DNA of 64,000 nt. Source: Haplodiscus bocki. Lineage: Eukaryota. The translations under genes and the position numbers were made by a program. Positions 13,326-25,490 of this stretch are shown piece by piece. The notes under the pieces were generated by a model that saw only the letters and a program-made list of their open reading frames with translations, was not told the origin of the DNA and made no database searches. The stretch covers positions 25,358,001 through 25,422,000 of the forward strand of contig OZ296653.1 of assembly GCA_965655095.1 (NCBI GenBank), given 5' to 3'. Position 1 is the stretch's first letter. Each line of letters begins with the position of its first letter.

Positions 13326-13948
13326 CTGCTCCTAATCACCAACTCATAAATTTGTAAATATTGGCCGACGAATAGTTGTTCTTTCTGGCAGGGATGTTAA
13401 AATCGTGTGCTCAGCATTATTTTATTACATTGACCACCCGGTTGTTGGTAGAAATGCTACAAACAAAAGTGATGGAAGGTAAAAGCAAGAAAATTCGCAC
13501 AAATTACGTTTATGGACACATCTAAATTTGACTCATTCCATGCTACACTAGTTCTGTTTAACTACTTTTTAATGGGACTGTACAAAATGTACACATGCAT
13601 TCGTCGTACACGCAAGCAATTCCCTTGCAAAACTTGAAATGCATTCTTCAGACACCGCTGAAGTATATTGTGACTTATTGAATATTATACTTCGGAGCTC
13701 GTGAGCTTTCAGACTGCCATGAAAGAGTTTTCTGTTTGCGTTAAAATTAGATATGTGTCCATAAACATTATTTGTGCGAATTTTGTTGCTTTTTCCTAGT
13801 ATCACTTTTGTTTGTAGCATTTCTACAAACAACCGGGTGGTCAATGTAATAGAATAGCTGGGCGCACTATTTTAACATCCCTCCTTCAGAAAAAATAACC
13901 ATTCGCTGGACAATAATTACAAATTCATGAGTTGGTGAACAGGAGCGG
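13326..13948. repeat. Fold-back/MITE-like inverted repeat with ~200-bp arms (13326-13528 and 13744-13948); third partial copy at ~14610-14745
   Basis: ttacattgaccacccggttg...gtagaaatgctacaaacaaaagtgat is the reverse complement of atcacttttgtttgtagcatttctac...caaccgggtggtcaatgtaa. Confidence 0.8.
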
Positions 13949-14796
13949 AGACTTCGAGCTGAAGAACCCAGCATCCCCTCGGAGATTTGGGTAGACATGG
14001 GTAGTATGGAAAGGGTCAAAATCATCAAGAGAATCAAAAATATGTTATTTGGTACCTAGCACTAAATGGAGATTGGAAGAGTGTGTGGGCAGCTATCACC
14101 ATCTGGGTACGGCTCTGAAGAATCGTTATTTGAAATGAAATGACTGTTTTTGAAAATTATATCACGGAGTCGAGGAGTTATGACAGTTTCTAGAATATCT
14201 TCTGGACACCGACCCTATTTTTATGAGGGGCTTGAAACTCTACAGTCAAAGCAGATAGATATTCATAGATATCGTTTTCTGCTCTTGGAATTAGTGCTAT
14301 TCCATTGCGAATAGTGGCGCTTGCAAGCAGTCAACCAACAGATACGTTATCCCCCTTCATTAATACAGCAAATAAGTTCACAAAATTTTTGGAGGGTACA
14401 ACGGGCTGTGACAGAACCGTAATTTTGATGATGGTAGTACCAATTTCTCAATCGATGGGCGGGTTTTCCAAAGGAAGGTAGTGTGACACCTTCAATGCTA
14501 TAGTTCACAGTTCATAAGCTATAACATTCAACCGATTGCCATAAGGGACATTTGTTAGAATGAATTTTAGAGATTCGTCCATAAAGGCAATGTTTTTATA
14601 GTTTGTCTCTTTCCCTTGTATCACTTTTTAAAGCACTACTCCAAACAACCGAGTGGTCAATCTAATAAAATATTGCTAAGCTCACAATTTTAACATCTCT
14701 GCCAAAGAATTTATATTCGCCAACTAATAATTACAAGTTGATGAACTACATGTTACCCAAAAACGTGAAGGAAACCATACGATATTGACGCTTACA

Positions 14797-17607
14797 TTTT
14801 GAGCTGTCGCATATTCTCCAATTGAAATTGTGCTATCAATTCTCTGCAATCAGCTGGACCAAACATGACAAAGTTCACAACGTCTTCTCGGATGACGTCA
14901 AATTTCAGCTGAGAGCTTCGAAGATTGGGAAAACTCAGATCGGAGAGAAAACGTTTCTTGGAGAATTCAATTTGCCTCAAAACTTTTCCCCAGTTGTAGC
15001 CAATCTTCTGTTGTGAAAGTCCATTGAAGAGGTCTCGCAGCTTTGTTTGCATAAACGCAGATCTCAGATTATCCAAAAGAAACTTCGATCTCTCGAAGTA
15101 CGGGTTGCAAAGCTCTTTGTAGGATGCATTCAATTCTTGGTGCTTCTTGATCACATGAGTTCGAAACTTCACTATACTTCGGGCCGTGTCCAAAAGCTTT
15201 GGATTATCAGCAGGTGATTGAACTTTGTTCACACAGGATAATAAATTCTGCTGTTTCATTAACAGCACCAGAAGAACCAAAGAGACTTCTTCGAGGGGAT
15301 GTGTAGCTTCAAAAACAGCACAATGTAAAGTCAGTGAGCAATATTTCCAAAATGTGTTGAGAAATTGAGATATTTTGCTACAATTATCTGGGTTTTCTGA
15401 CGTCTTTTGTGAATTTTCACGATACGTCAAAATCTGTTGTGCAATATTTTGAGATCTCTCTTCGTGTTCCAGTGATACAGTTTCGAGATATCGGAGCGCT
15501 TCTTTCTGTTTAGGCGTTAAACTAACTTTGGTGAGGAAGCTGTTCAAAAAAGGATCAGAAATAAGACCATACTCAAAAACAATAGCCGAGTGTGTTTCTT
15601 CTAATGTTGCCGACCCACTCGCAGCTTCGTTTTGAGCGTCAAAAGACAGACCACAAGAATAGCCAATCAGCAATGTGGCCAGTTGTTCTAAAATGAGAAA
15701 TGGGGATGTTGATAAAGACGCACTAGTTGAGTAAGAATCAATCAAGTCCTTCTCACAAACTTGTTCCCCTATCAGGTAATTGTTCAAACATGTGAGCAAC
15801 TCTTCAGGAGCGTCATCTTCTTTTCCATCTTGACAAGACTTCACGAATTCCGCAACTTTGGTCGGCAAGGAGGAATAGTTGTCGAAATTGTAGAGCAGAC
15901 CCTTCAAGTTGAGCCAGTGACCTCCACTGACGTTATGGTTGTGGACCTCGTAATCCGGTATTTTAGGTAACTCGGCCAGCGGTTGCAAAGAAACTTGAGG
16001 TCCTGCAAATACATTCAAGCAGAAAGACATCTCTTCACATTTAAATCTCGGAGAATGTTTATTGAACTTGTTCAGGCAGGCGATCAAATTGGATAAACAG
16101 TTTGACAAGCATTTAGTTTCCACATCAATCTGGCAAGGTCTCAAAAGTGCTGTCAAGGTATATAGAAGTTCTTTCAGAAGAACTAAAACCGAGTTGGATT
16201 CCAGATTTTTAGCACACAGGAAAAAATCGCTTCGAGAGCACTTTGATTTTTCTTCTGCTCTTGTCACAATACTCACTGCGTTTGAAATCATACAACTGAT
16301 GAAACTGAACAGCAGTTTTACATACATTCCTTGCTTGTTGAATTTTCTGAGATAAAAATGTTCGTTCCCACTGCCTGCACTAGCTTTTGAGGAAATTATT
16401 TTTGTGAAAAGAAGTTGCTGATACTTTGTCAATAATTTATGACTTTTGGGCGGATTTTCAAGATCCGACAACTGCAGATTTTGACAAGTCTCAGCCAGTT
16501 GAGACACTAAACGGACAATTTGACTGTCCAGAAGCTTCTCCTCTACAACGTCTTCGAAGTTGTTGAGGTTCACATCTAAGTGATCTCTTCCGCTAGTAAG
16601 TGAAGTCAAATCAACATCGAGTCCATCAGAATCTTCATTTTTACTTCTCATGTTTGCAAACATCTCGGAATTTTCCACCGAACTCCACAAATTGTTAACC
16701 GTAGAATCTAATTCCAATTTCAATTCACCGTTAGAGAGAAAACTGGACACTAGGAGTTCAATAAGAAAGAGAAGATTCTCATCCTTGGTTTGTGAATTCA
16801 AAAACTGCAACAAAAGCATTGATCTTTCTTTGGAAGTTGGAAGCAAAACTGGCCAGCAAATTTTGAGACATTTCTGTGATGCTACCACCAAACTCTCAAG
16901 AGCCTCGGACGATGACGCAAAATGGCAGATGATATCTTTTAGACTTCTCACAACTGGGGCAAAGTCATGACAGCTTAGATCTACCCCATGAGCCATGGCA
17001 GTTCGGATTTGAAGTGTAAGCAAATTGATCATCGCTACGGATACACATTCTTCGCTCTCATTTGGAACTGTATCTTCCATGCTTCCACTGGTTACGGGGA
17101 AGAATCGATTCAAAATATCTCTGATCAGTTCGAAGGTCTCCAATTTCAAGTCAACCAGGAAAGGAATTGATGGGGCAATTTTGGTAAAATTTTGTTCACG
17201 TTCTATAACAATTTGGTTCATAGTAAGAAACACCCGTGAAAAGTCGGAAACTGTTTGTGAAAAAAGAGTTGTAATGTTGATAGGCGATGAAGATGAGCTG
17301 CTTTTGAGACCCATAAGTCTTCCTGTATACGACAAAGGGGAGCCCCAGATAAAAGATTCGCCATTTTCGGTCAAACAGGCACAGCTATGTGATGTAATTT
17401 GCATCGATTTGATCTTTTCGTTTTTCAGAGATTCCACTAGAAGTGGATGCGAGGAGGCTGCGCCTTGAAGACTCAGCACAGAGTTAGTGTCACTCCAAGA
17501 GTAAAGAAGTCCACTTTTGGATTTGAAGAAAGAGACTGCTGGTCCAGCATAGACAGCCAGTGCATCTTCTGGAGTTTGGATGTAAGTCTTTTTGATGCAG
17601 TCGTTGT
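14797..17607 (-). CDS. HERC2: HERC2 exon: degenerate RLD1 end, helical region and degenerate cytochrome-b5-like domain
   Basis: PFLVDL, ECVSVAMINLLTLQI, WPVLLPTSKER, FLIELLVSSF, EVHNHNVSGGHW and HPLEEV match recalled HERC2 segments. Acceptor tttcag|AC at 17607; donor AT|gtaag at 14797. Confidence 0.88.
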
Positions 17608-17977
17608 CTGAAAGAGCGACAACAAAAAAAAAATATTTAAATTGTGAGACATGACCATTCTGATTACTGATATTTGAAAGAAACACAGCCTCACGAAAAT
17701 GTTTGCGACATTTACTATACATGTGTTTTGAAGGTAACACAACAGGAATAGAAAAAGCATGAAAAACTGATTTTACGCCACTAAAAAGTCGCGATTTAAG
17801 TTTGTACTCCAAACGTTCAACAAAAGCGTTTTAACAGTATGGCATTAATTCAATGACCAGATTTTTTTCAACCTAACGCGATCATATCGAACTTACTTAA
17901 GCTATAATAAAGTTAATGGAATCAAGCAAGTTTTAGATGTTGAAATTGGTGTGTTAGCTATCATTAATTCCACTAAC

Positions 17978-18315
17978 ATTCCGTAACATTGACAATCGAA
18001 TAGAACGACGATGCTCGCGCCGCTTCATCATTGGATGAGACCAAAATTAAAGCATGGTCCCAAATTGAAATATCACCAATTGTCTGTCCAGGGCTGAGTC
18101 CCAAATTCAGAACTTCCAGGGGCGGTTTCTCAGTCACCAGTGCAGAGTTGGGGTCCGACGGCAGTGTCCATTGCAATACTTGGAACTGAGTTGTGTAAGC
18201 CAGTATTTTGCAGACTCCAACGGAGAATTTCACAACGGCTCCATACTGAGCGATGTCTCGTTCGTTGTAGAGGGGGAAGCTGCTCTCGATGCAACAATCT
18301 GAGTCTTGTGAGTCA
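17978..18315 (-). CDS. HERC2: HERC2 exon
   Basis: Acceptor ttttag|T at 18315 (phase 2) and donor T|gttagt at 17978 (phase 1), both phase-compatible with the neighbouring exons. Confidence 0.7.
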
Positions 18316-18659
18316 CTAAAACATTTGGAACTTGACTGATTGCAGTCCACCTTTACATAAAATGTGAAATAGAACTGATCCAATTTGAACGTCATAATCC
18401 CATATTTCATGAAACATATTTTAACTATCAGAATGAGGTGTGCTAATATTTATGCTTTTCAAAAGATTACCATCCAAAATATAAACATTTCAAAATAAAC
18501 CATTACTGTTTATGCAAAATCAATTGTTAGAAACGTAAGCAGCTAATTTAATGAGTCTTCACTCTAATAGAAGAAAGTCGAATGAAAGACTTTGTCGCTT
18601 CCTAAAATCCAATTACATAAAATGTAGTCGCACCTTCATCTACTGAAATGAACTTTTAC

Positions 18660-19165
18660 CATTGAGAGCTCAGCAAAGCAATGAACAACTTTCCAGAACT
18701 TTTCTCCTGCAGAACCAGCGTATCTACCGAAGGATTCATCACATTTGAAGCAATCCACGCAATTTCTGCATCCCAGCATCCATCGTCTAATAATGTGGGC
18801 AAATTGCTCTCCACAAAAGTTGGGTTCTTTCTGTGGCAATACACGTTTCCATCAAAAAGCAGGAAAAAGTAGAACCCTCTGGTCTCACAGTAATTGATGA
18901 CGCAATTTGATTGGTCAAGAAAATCTTGCAAGTGTTCATTGATTACACCGGAGCAGAAAACACTGTAATTGAATTTTCCACAGTCAGCCGGCGTTTCACT
19001 GTCTGGAGGCATTAGGCGTTTAGCAGCCAAATCCAAATGACTGGCTATAAAAGTTGCTGCATCGTTCAGGGGCATCAAAAAGTCTTTATTTGGACATTTT
19101 TCTCCGGGTAAAGAGATCGAGAGGAGAAACATTTCACAAGTTGACCACTCGCGTTCACCAAAAAC
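18660..19165 (-). CDS. HERC2: HERC2 exon
   Basis: AATFIASHLDLAA resembles HERC2 AVVVMAHLDRLA. Acceptor ttccaag|GTT at 19165; donor TG|gtaaaa at 18660. Confidence 0.75.
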
Positions 19166-19235
19166 CTTGGAAAAAATCAAAGGAAAACATTACTACACTC
19201 CTATATCCGAACTTTTTGACTCAAAAACGAAAGCA

Positions 19236-19720
19236 AGACGGCCGACTATCACCGGAATCATTTCCGCCCTCCAATTTTTACAAAGATGCTTTTTAGAAGG
19301 TTGAAAGCATTTTTTTTTCTGATAAATACTCTATCCAGAAAATTTTCTAACTTTTCCAAATATAAAAACTTAATTTTTTTGCAAAAAAAAACAACTTACG
19401 TGAAAAAGACGTTCTCAAGAAATAATGTCATTCTATACGAATTCTACAACAAAATTGTCACTTTTACCGATTGCGAAGAAAACCATGTTTTTTTTCCAAG
19501 AAAGCCCAACTTTTCCAAGAAAAAACAAACATCGTACGTCTTAAAAAACCTTACTGTTTCAGTCGCATTGTACGGCAAATTAGCAATAATTTGGTGATGA
19601 AAAATTCAGAATCGTCTAGTCCGGACATTCTTCGCGGACAATTGGCTAGTAAACGAAAAAAACACGTTCGCGTTGACTGGGTGATTTTTCCTTCCATATT
19701 TGAATAAAGCGGGGAAAAAA
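19236..19720 (-). mobile_element. DINE/HINE-like element, copy B
   Basis: Reverse-oriented 3' end gacggccgactatcaccgg...tttccgccc resembles the reverse complement of 52319-52357. The 5' inverted repeat lies near 19685-19720. Confidence 0.5.
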
Positions 19721-19812
19721 ACTAATCTTTACATTTAAACTAATTTAAATTTTATAAACTGGGATTGTATTCACTCAGTGCGTTTGCACTTCTTCGAACT
19801 GAGGTCTAAATA

Positions 19813-20576
19813 ACACGTCCGGATAGCACCGGCATATTTTCCGCCCACCAATTTTGTTACAGGTGCCTTTTAAGAGGATGAAACCGCTTTTTAAAAAAAA
19901 GTGTTTCTTCGAGGAGAGCTTTTTGAGGAAAAGTGTTTTTTTTTCAAAAAAAATATATAATTTTATATTTAATTTCGGACTTTCAGCGAAAATTTTCGGC
20001 AGGGTTTTCAAGACTGCATTCTACGTGTCCAGAGAAACATTTTGAGGAAAAATCTTTCTGAAAAATTACAATTTTGTAATTATTTTGCGCGAAAAAGATT
20101 CGGACTGTTGGCGAAAAATTTTCGGCGGTGTTGTCAAAACTGCATTCTACGTGTCCAGAGGAACATTTTGAGGGAAGATTTTTTTTGTGAAAAAATTATA
20201 ATTTTATAATTATTTCCCGACTTTGCGCGACAAAGATTAAGACATTTGGCGGAAAATTTTCGGCAGGTCTGCCAAAACTGCATCCTACGCGTCCAGAGAA
20301 ACATTGAGGAATTTTTTTGAAAAAATTATAATTTCATATTCTTGGATTTTGAGCAAAAAATTTTCTGATTTTCGGCGAAAAATTTTCGGCATGGATGTCA
20401 AAACTGCATTCTACGAGTCCAGACAAACATTTTAGGGTTTTCCAAACTTTACAAAAATTTTTCCAAACGCGATCGCAACATCGTTTTAAACGTGAACGCA
20501 ATTGGCAAACATCGGGTAAAAAACTCACCATGAGAGGATGATTTTCGTTCCATATTTTAAATATGGCGGAAAATTT
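19813..20576 (-). mobile_element. DINE/HINE-like element, copy C, with central tandem repeats
   Basis: ATTTTCCGCC at 19836 and GGCGGAAAAT at 20565, a CCGG hairpin at 19819-19832 and an internal tandem array. Confidence 0.6.
19975..20440. repeat. Tandem repeat of 4 units, ~125-138 bp each
   Basis: Core actgcattctacgtgtccagagaaacattttgagg at ~20013, 20139, 20277 and 20403. Confidence 0.85.
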
Positions 20577-21419
20577 AAGGTGTTACAAGCTAACAGTACA
20601 ATCTGGTAATATTGAACACGCTAAATATGGCCAGAGTCGGGGCATTTGGTTGAGGATCGGAATATTTTAGAGAAAATTTCTTCAATTTTTTTTTAATAGT
20701 TTTGGTTTTTTAAACTCTGCTATACACACCGGTCGCGTCGAAATGGTATTGTTCGAAACTTTGTGGAAAAAGTAGAGGCGGTATTAGAGCAAATCTTTTG
20801 TTTGCATAGATTCTATGTGTATCGGGATAATAGTTCGTTCGTACATTAAACCATTAAACAAAGCCAACACGTCGTTCTATTGAAACTGCTGTTATGCGAA
20901 AAATATATCATTAACTGATTAACTCCTATTCTTAGCCCTAATGTTAGTGTCAAAATATGTGTACTTTTGCACATTGAGGGTGAATGATTGATGCGAATAG
21001 AGAATAGTAAACTGCCTGGAAATAACCCCCCAAGAACACCAAAAGTGACACTTTCTGTGGTAAAAGTTTACCTGAACATAATCTTTCATATTTTCTATAC
21101 CAACCACAGCCAAAGCGTCTCACATCGTAAAAGCGTCTGATTATTAAGGGTTCTGACGGCCTATTTCAAATCAGAAAAACACTGCAAACTAAAATACATT
21201 GAGTCTAAATTGTTCAATAAACTGTGCTGATGCAGCAAGAGTACTGTTTCTAGCTGAAACCAAACTACCCAGAAAGGTACATGTTAAATTCCTCGAAAAT
21301 AACGACAGAGTCCGGACTGCAAAGCACCGTCTCGAATTTTACTGCATAAACAAGGGAAATTGGCCTAGTGTTGATGACACAATTATTGTGGCCGTTCTTA
21401 ATTGATGGAACTACTTGCG

Positions 21420-23389
21420 CACATTTTGGATTTCTTGGGGAAAAGCCTCTTCGAAACGATCAAAATAATAAACTCAACGATGAAAGGGATAGTCGTTGGA
21501 GCGGATCTTTTAACAAATCCACTGTAGAAAAATTCGCTTCCCGTTGAAGTTCAATTTTCTTAAGAATTTTTAATGGCTATGACTCCAGAACTTGTTACAT
21601 GAGTAATGAAGACAGTTTGCTTCAGATCCTCGATTTGCCAACCGCAACTCGAAGGTTTTATTTTCCCCTGTATTGACTTGCTACACTAGCGACGTTACTG
21701 TAAGAGCTTTCTGCATTGTCGAAATAATTAGTTATAGGTCAATCGTTTGTTTGTGGGATAATTGATCCAGGATACAGTTTAAACTCCTAAAAAAAGAAAT
21801 GTTCTCATTTTCCATTATTTCTTCAATTTTCTCGGACAATGACTAGTTTATGTCGCTTATCATCATTCTCACGTTCTTTTCGAGTATTTGTGCAAATGGT
21901 TCCTTCTCTTGGCGATAGAATTTGAACTCCCTTCACCAAACCAGCCCGGTTTTGACCGTGTTTGCCCAAATGTTCTAGTCAGTAGGAGGTGATTTACCAA
22001 CTTTACCAACTACAGTCGGATTAAACTACACCGACTTGGAAGAGTATATCTTTATATTTCAATTCAACCAACACAGCTGCTCCACAGGGAAATTTCAGAA
22101 AATCTAAATCACGCTTTGCCTGTATCATCGTCTCGCCGTTCTTGTTATTTCGGCACCGGGCAAACTTCTTCGGAACTATGTACGCAATGCACTTGAGGTG
22201 TGTAAGAGATCGACAGCTAGGTTTTACCGATACAGATAACAACTGGCCGGGATTCATGATAACAGACTTGAGCAACGAAATCATCATGATGCTTCTCAAT
22301 TGAGCGTGCATTGAGCTGTAAAACTTACTTTGAAATTTACCTTCACGAACAGTATTATTATGGAATGTGTGACTTCGTCTCTCCTTCAAACTTCACTTTC
22401 AATCTAGGTTTGGGACTCGTGTTCTTTAGTCGATTTTGCTGCCTAGAGAGCAGTAACAATTGCGGGGGCCAGATATTTCATAAAACGGTCAACAAGAGCA
22501 TTCTCGTTAATGGCTGCACCCTCCGCAAGAGAGATATGAGGGCGCGCTTTCTACTACGTCTGTTCGAAAAGAGGATCATCAGCTCTCCTAAGAAGAGTTG
22601 GCACATTAAGAGCGAAATCACAGAGTTGCCAGGGTGACGATAATCCATTTTCGCAGTTTCTCAGTCTGAACTGGACACGCTTTCATTCTCTACATGTCTT
22701 GGCTTAAGTGCCAAGCGTTTCAACCCACGTGGGTGTTCAATTATTGTAGGTGATGGATGTGGAAAATTCAGCGTCAATGTGTCGACTTCTTGTCTGCGGG
22801 TGAACATTGCAACATTTCTATCACACTTCTGCTTTAACACCTTTGTCGCTAGGGACAAGGCACTCCAATAAGAAAACTGGTTTGTTGCGAGAATTTTTCA
22901 ATGTCTTTCAGCTAGGCTCTTGTTTATCACACAAGATCACGGTGCTTGTGGTACAAGAACTGCACAATAAATGGAGCAACTCTGTTCCAGTTCAGAGGAT
23001 GACAAGCTGCAACAAGATCAGATTTATCAATTCCGATCTTAAATAAAAATTTCATTTTGCTGAGGAGATAAGCTACAGGACTGGGAATCACTTCAACGTT
23101 GTACACTATCAGGCAAAGCTTTTCTCGAGTTATATTTCCATTGTATTAACTCTTCCATCAAGTTCGTAAATGTGGTTAGTAATGGCTACTAATCGTTCTT
23201 TATAAACATTCTGTCTTTCAGAAAAGTCTTGATAGTGTGGGCTTGACTTCTCATTTTTCAATCAATGATTTGCTTCAGAATAGGCTGCACCGTTTGTAGT
23301 TTATCAGAGATCAGAAGCTGCCAAATATTTTTTGGGTCGAGAATAGATGACATCCTATCTTCAGTTCCAGAAATAGGCAGTCTCCGATC
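21420..23389 (-). pseudogene. Decayed ORFs resembling LINE ORF1 (coiled coil plus RRM), forming the Maverick target site
   Basis: Fragments ELDGRVNTME-YNSRK-CLIVYNVE, IDKSDLVAACHPL, PFIVQFLYHKHRDLV, KPVFLLECL and a second PFIVEFYYFD. Many stops. Confidence 0.35.
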
Positions 23390-23395
23390 TATGTG

Positions 23396-23607
23396 AGTAA
23401 TATAGGGGATGGGGATATTCACAACGGGGGGGGGGATCCTTTGCAAATGTGGGGCTTACAACGGGTCTAATCCTCAATTTTATTTGTTGTTTGACCCAGA
23501 TTTTTCAACTTCGTGACCTACTTTTTTGTTCATGCAAATACTTTGTTTACATTATTGTGTACACTGCACTAGATTATGTAAGGTAACATTCACAGCCTTG
23601 AAGTTAA
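23396..23607 (+). repeat. Maverick left TIR
   Basis: Reverse complement of 47242-47453 with about 9 mismatches by manual comparison. G-run-rich terminus. Confidence 0.95.
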
Positions 23608-24052
23608 GTACTTTTTCAATAAACCTTCTACTAAGAAGGGCTATGAGTTGTATATATGTCATGATGACTTTTCATGCTGCGGCTTTGGGCATTTTGGGAT
23701 TGTATGAATTATAATAATTATAATTATTTCTTTGCCGCTAAATTTCATTACTAATCGTCTCACATTGATGTTTGAATCAAATGTGTCTTCGATTAAATTA
23801 TTGGGTGAACTGTCCAGCCACGTGTACAATGATAAGTTTTTTTATTTTTAATTGTTACATTGGAAAATTAATCATTTCTGGATTTTCTCATGTTCCTTCT
23901 GATTTTTGTGCAAGACTTCAATTACTATGGACACACTGAAATTGAATTCCAGTTGGGGTCCCCTGTTGTATAGCAGGATTTTGAAATCTATAAATAATTG
24001 GGGGACAGTTTCGGAAGTACTTGTTCTTTCGATGTGTGATGCTATTAGCGTG

Positions 24053-24161
24053 AGTAGTACAGGGGATGGGGGTGCTCACAACGGGGGGGGGGGGGGGGGA
24101 AGGGGGGAGGGGGTCCTTTGCAAATGTGGGGCTTACAAAGGGTCTAATCCTCAATTTTATT
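24053..24161 (+). repeat. Second, internal partial copy of the Maverick terminus
   Basis: AGTAGTACAGGGGATGGGGGTGCTCACAACG(n)...TCCTTTGCAAATGTGGGGCTTACA...CCTCAATTTTATT, after which the sequence diverges. Confidence 0.9.
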
Positions 24162-24255
24162 GCCCATCAATTTTGTTTACAAGCGCAGTATATGTGTATA
24201 TAAAAATTGGGACGCAGTATATGTTTATATAGCAATTAAACTTGCGCATATCAAT

Positions 24256-24518
24256 GGCCCGGTAGTGTAGTGGTCAAGGCTACCGGGAACAGAGAGCAAT
24301 TGAGTTTGCAGGCGGACGGGAGCACCACTCATAGACAGCCGTTGGTTCGCCGCCCTCTGGGATAAAAAACTAAGCGGTTTTGAAAAAAAAAATATTTCCC
24401 GGTTTGTTCGAAATTCAGCCCTACAGCGACGTTCCGGGGTTGAAATGTAACAAGGACCTTTTAGCGGGTTGGGAGGTCGAAATTCACGGGTTCGAGCCCC
24501 ACCGGGAACTCATCTTTT
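24256..24518 (+). ncRNA. Possible Pol III (type-2 promoter) transcription unit or tRNA-derived sequence
   Basis: A-box TAGTGTAGTGG (24263), B-box GGTTCGAGCCC (24489) and T4 at 24515. No cloverleaf can be built. Confidence 0.35.
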
Positions 24519-25490
24519 ACAGGCTCCAATGACTTTCTGGATGAGGGAAAACGTGTATGGAGGTGTTTTTAGGCATGTGCGGGCATTTTTCCTGTATTTT
24601 TATGGATTTTGCATCAGATTTTCCGAAAAAAACCATTTTTGAAATTTTTTTTCAAAGGTTTTAATTGAATATCTCCTCAACCAAGATCCCGCAGGGTGGA
24701 GGCTGGTACCATTCGAAGCACAATGAAGTGAGCTTTCTGGGGGTAGTAATCTCGAGTGTTATAAGTTGTTTTGCGCAATTTTTTCACAAGTTTTTGCAGA
24801 AAAAAAATTTCTCCTTCATTTTTTGTACTTTCCTCGAAATATATCCTCAACCAAGAAACCCCCCCCCCCAGGGTGGGGTTTGATACCACCGGTTTCAACA
24901 TTGAAGGGTTTCACGGGGCAGTCTTTTGGAGTGACACAAGTGGGCTACCTTGATTTTTCACCCTGTTTTTTTGCATGAAAAATGTTTCAACTTTCAATTC
25001 CTGTCCTCCTCTCTGTGTTATTTGCTACAGTCCGACCAATGATAGCTACTGCTGTTGTGAAACCAAAACTTTCATTTATGATTCTAATTTCGTGAGTGCT
25101 TGAAGTGTTTTGTGTAAACAAATGTTGAGAAAGTTTACTTCGTAAGTTATCAACAAATCTCTTGATCAAGCAACGTCCCTTGCGAACTGTTTGTAGCGTG
25201 TCTGCTGAAGCGTGTGTGGTCTTTCTTTCTCTTCTTTTCTAGGACACTAAAAACCTAGTATCGCGGCATTTTTGTTTGGTAATCGTAACCTAAATTCAAG
25301 ATAAAAAGCTGATTGAATTGCACCTCTATTTTGAAAAAGCGTCTACCCCACTGACTCCCGTCTGGTTGACTTTTTAAAAAAATGTTTTAATTTTAAGTAT
25401 TAATGCGAGGCGAGGAAATAATGGAAGCATATCAAAACATAAAATACTTGTAAAATGCTTAAAGTTTCAGGAGACTTCATTATGAAAATA

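Noticed and set aside
17608-17812. First ~68 aa of the 1006-aa ORF as a separate gene start
   Set aside because: Intronic read-through upstream of a phase-compatible acceptor; the rest is a HERC2 exon.
19975-20440. CRISPR-like array
   Set aside because: Eukaryotic context; the whole units are homologous with no unique spacers, and there are no cas genes.
23526-23714. ORF pair 23526..23714 (+) and 47069..47323 (-) with near-identical N-termini
   Set aside because: The shared part is just the TIR; non-ATG start and no coding signal.
24256-24510. tRNA gene
   Set aside because: The A and B boxes are ~225 nt apart, and no anticodon arm or in-register acceptor stem can be built.
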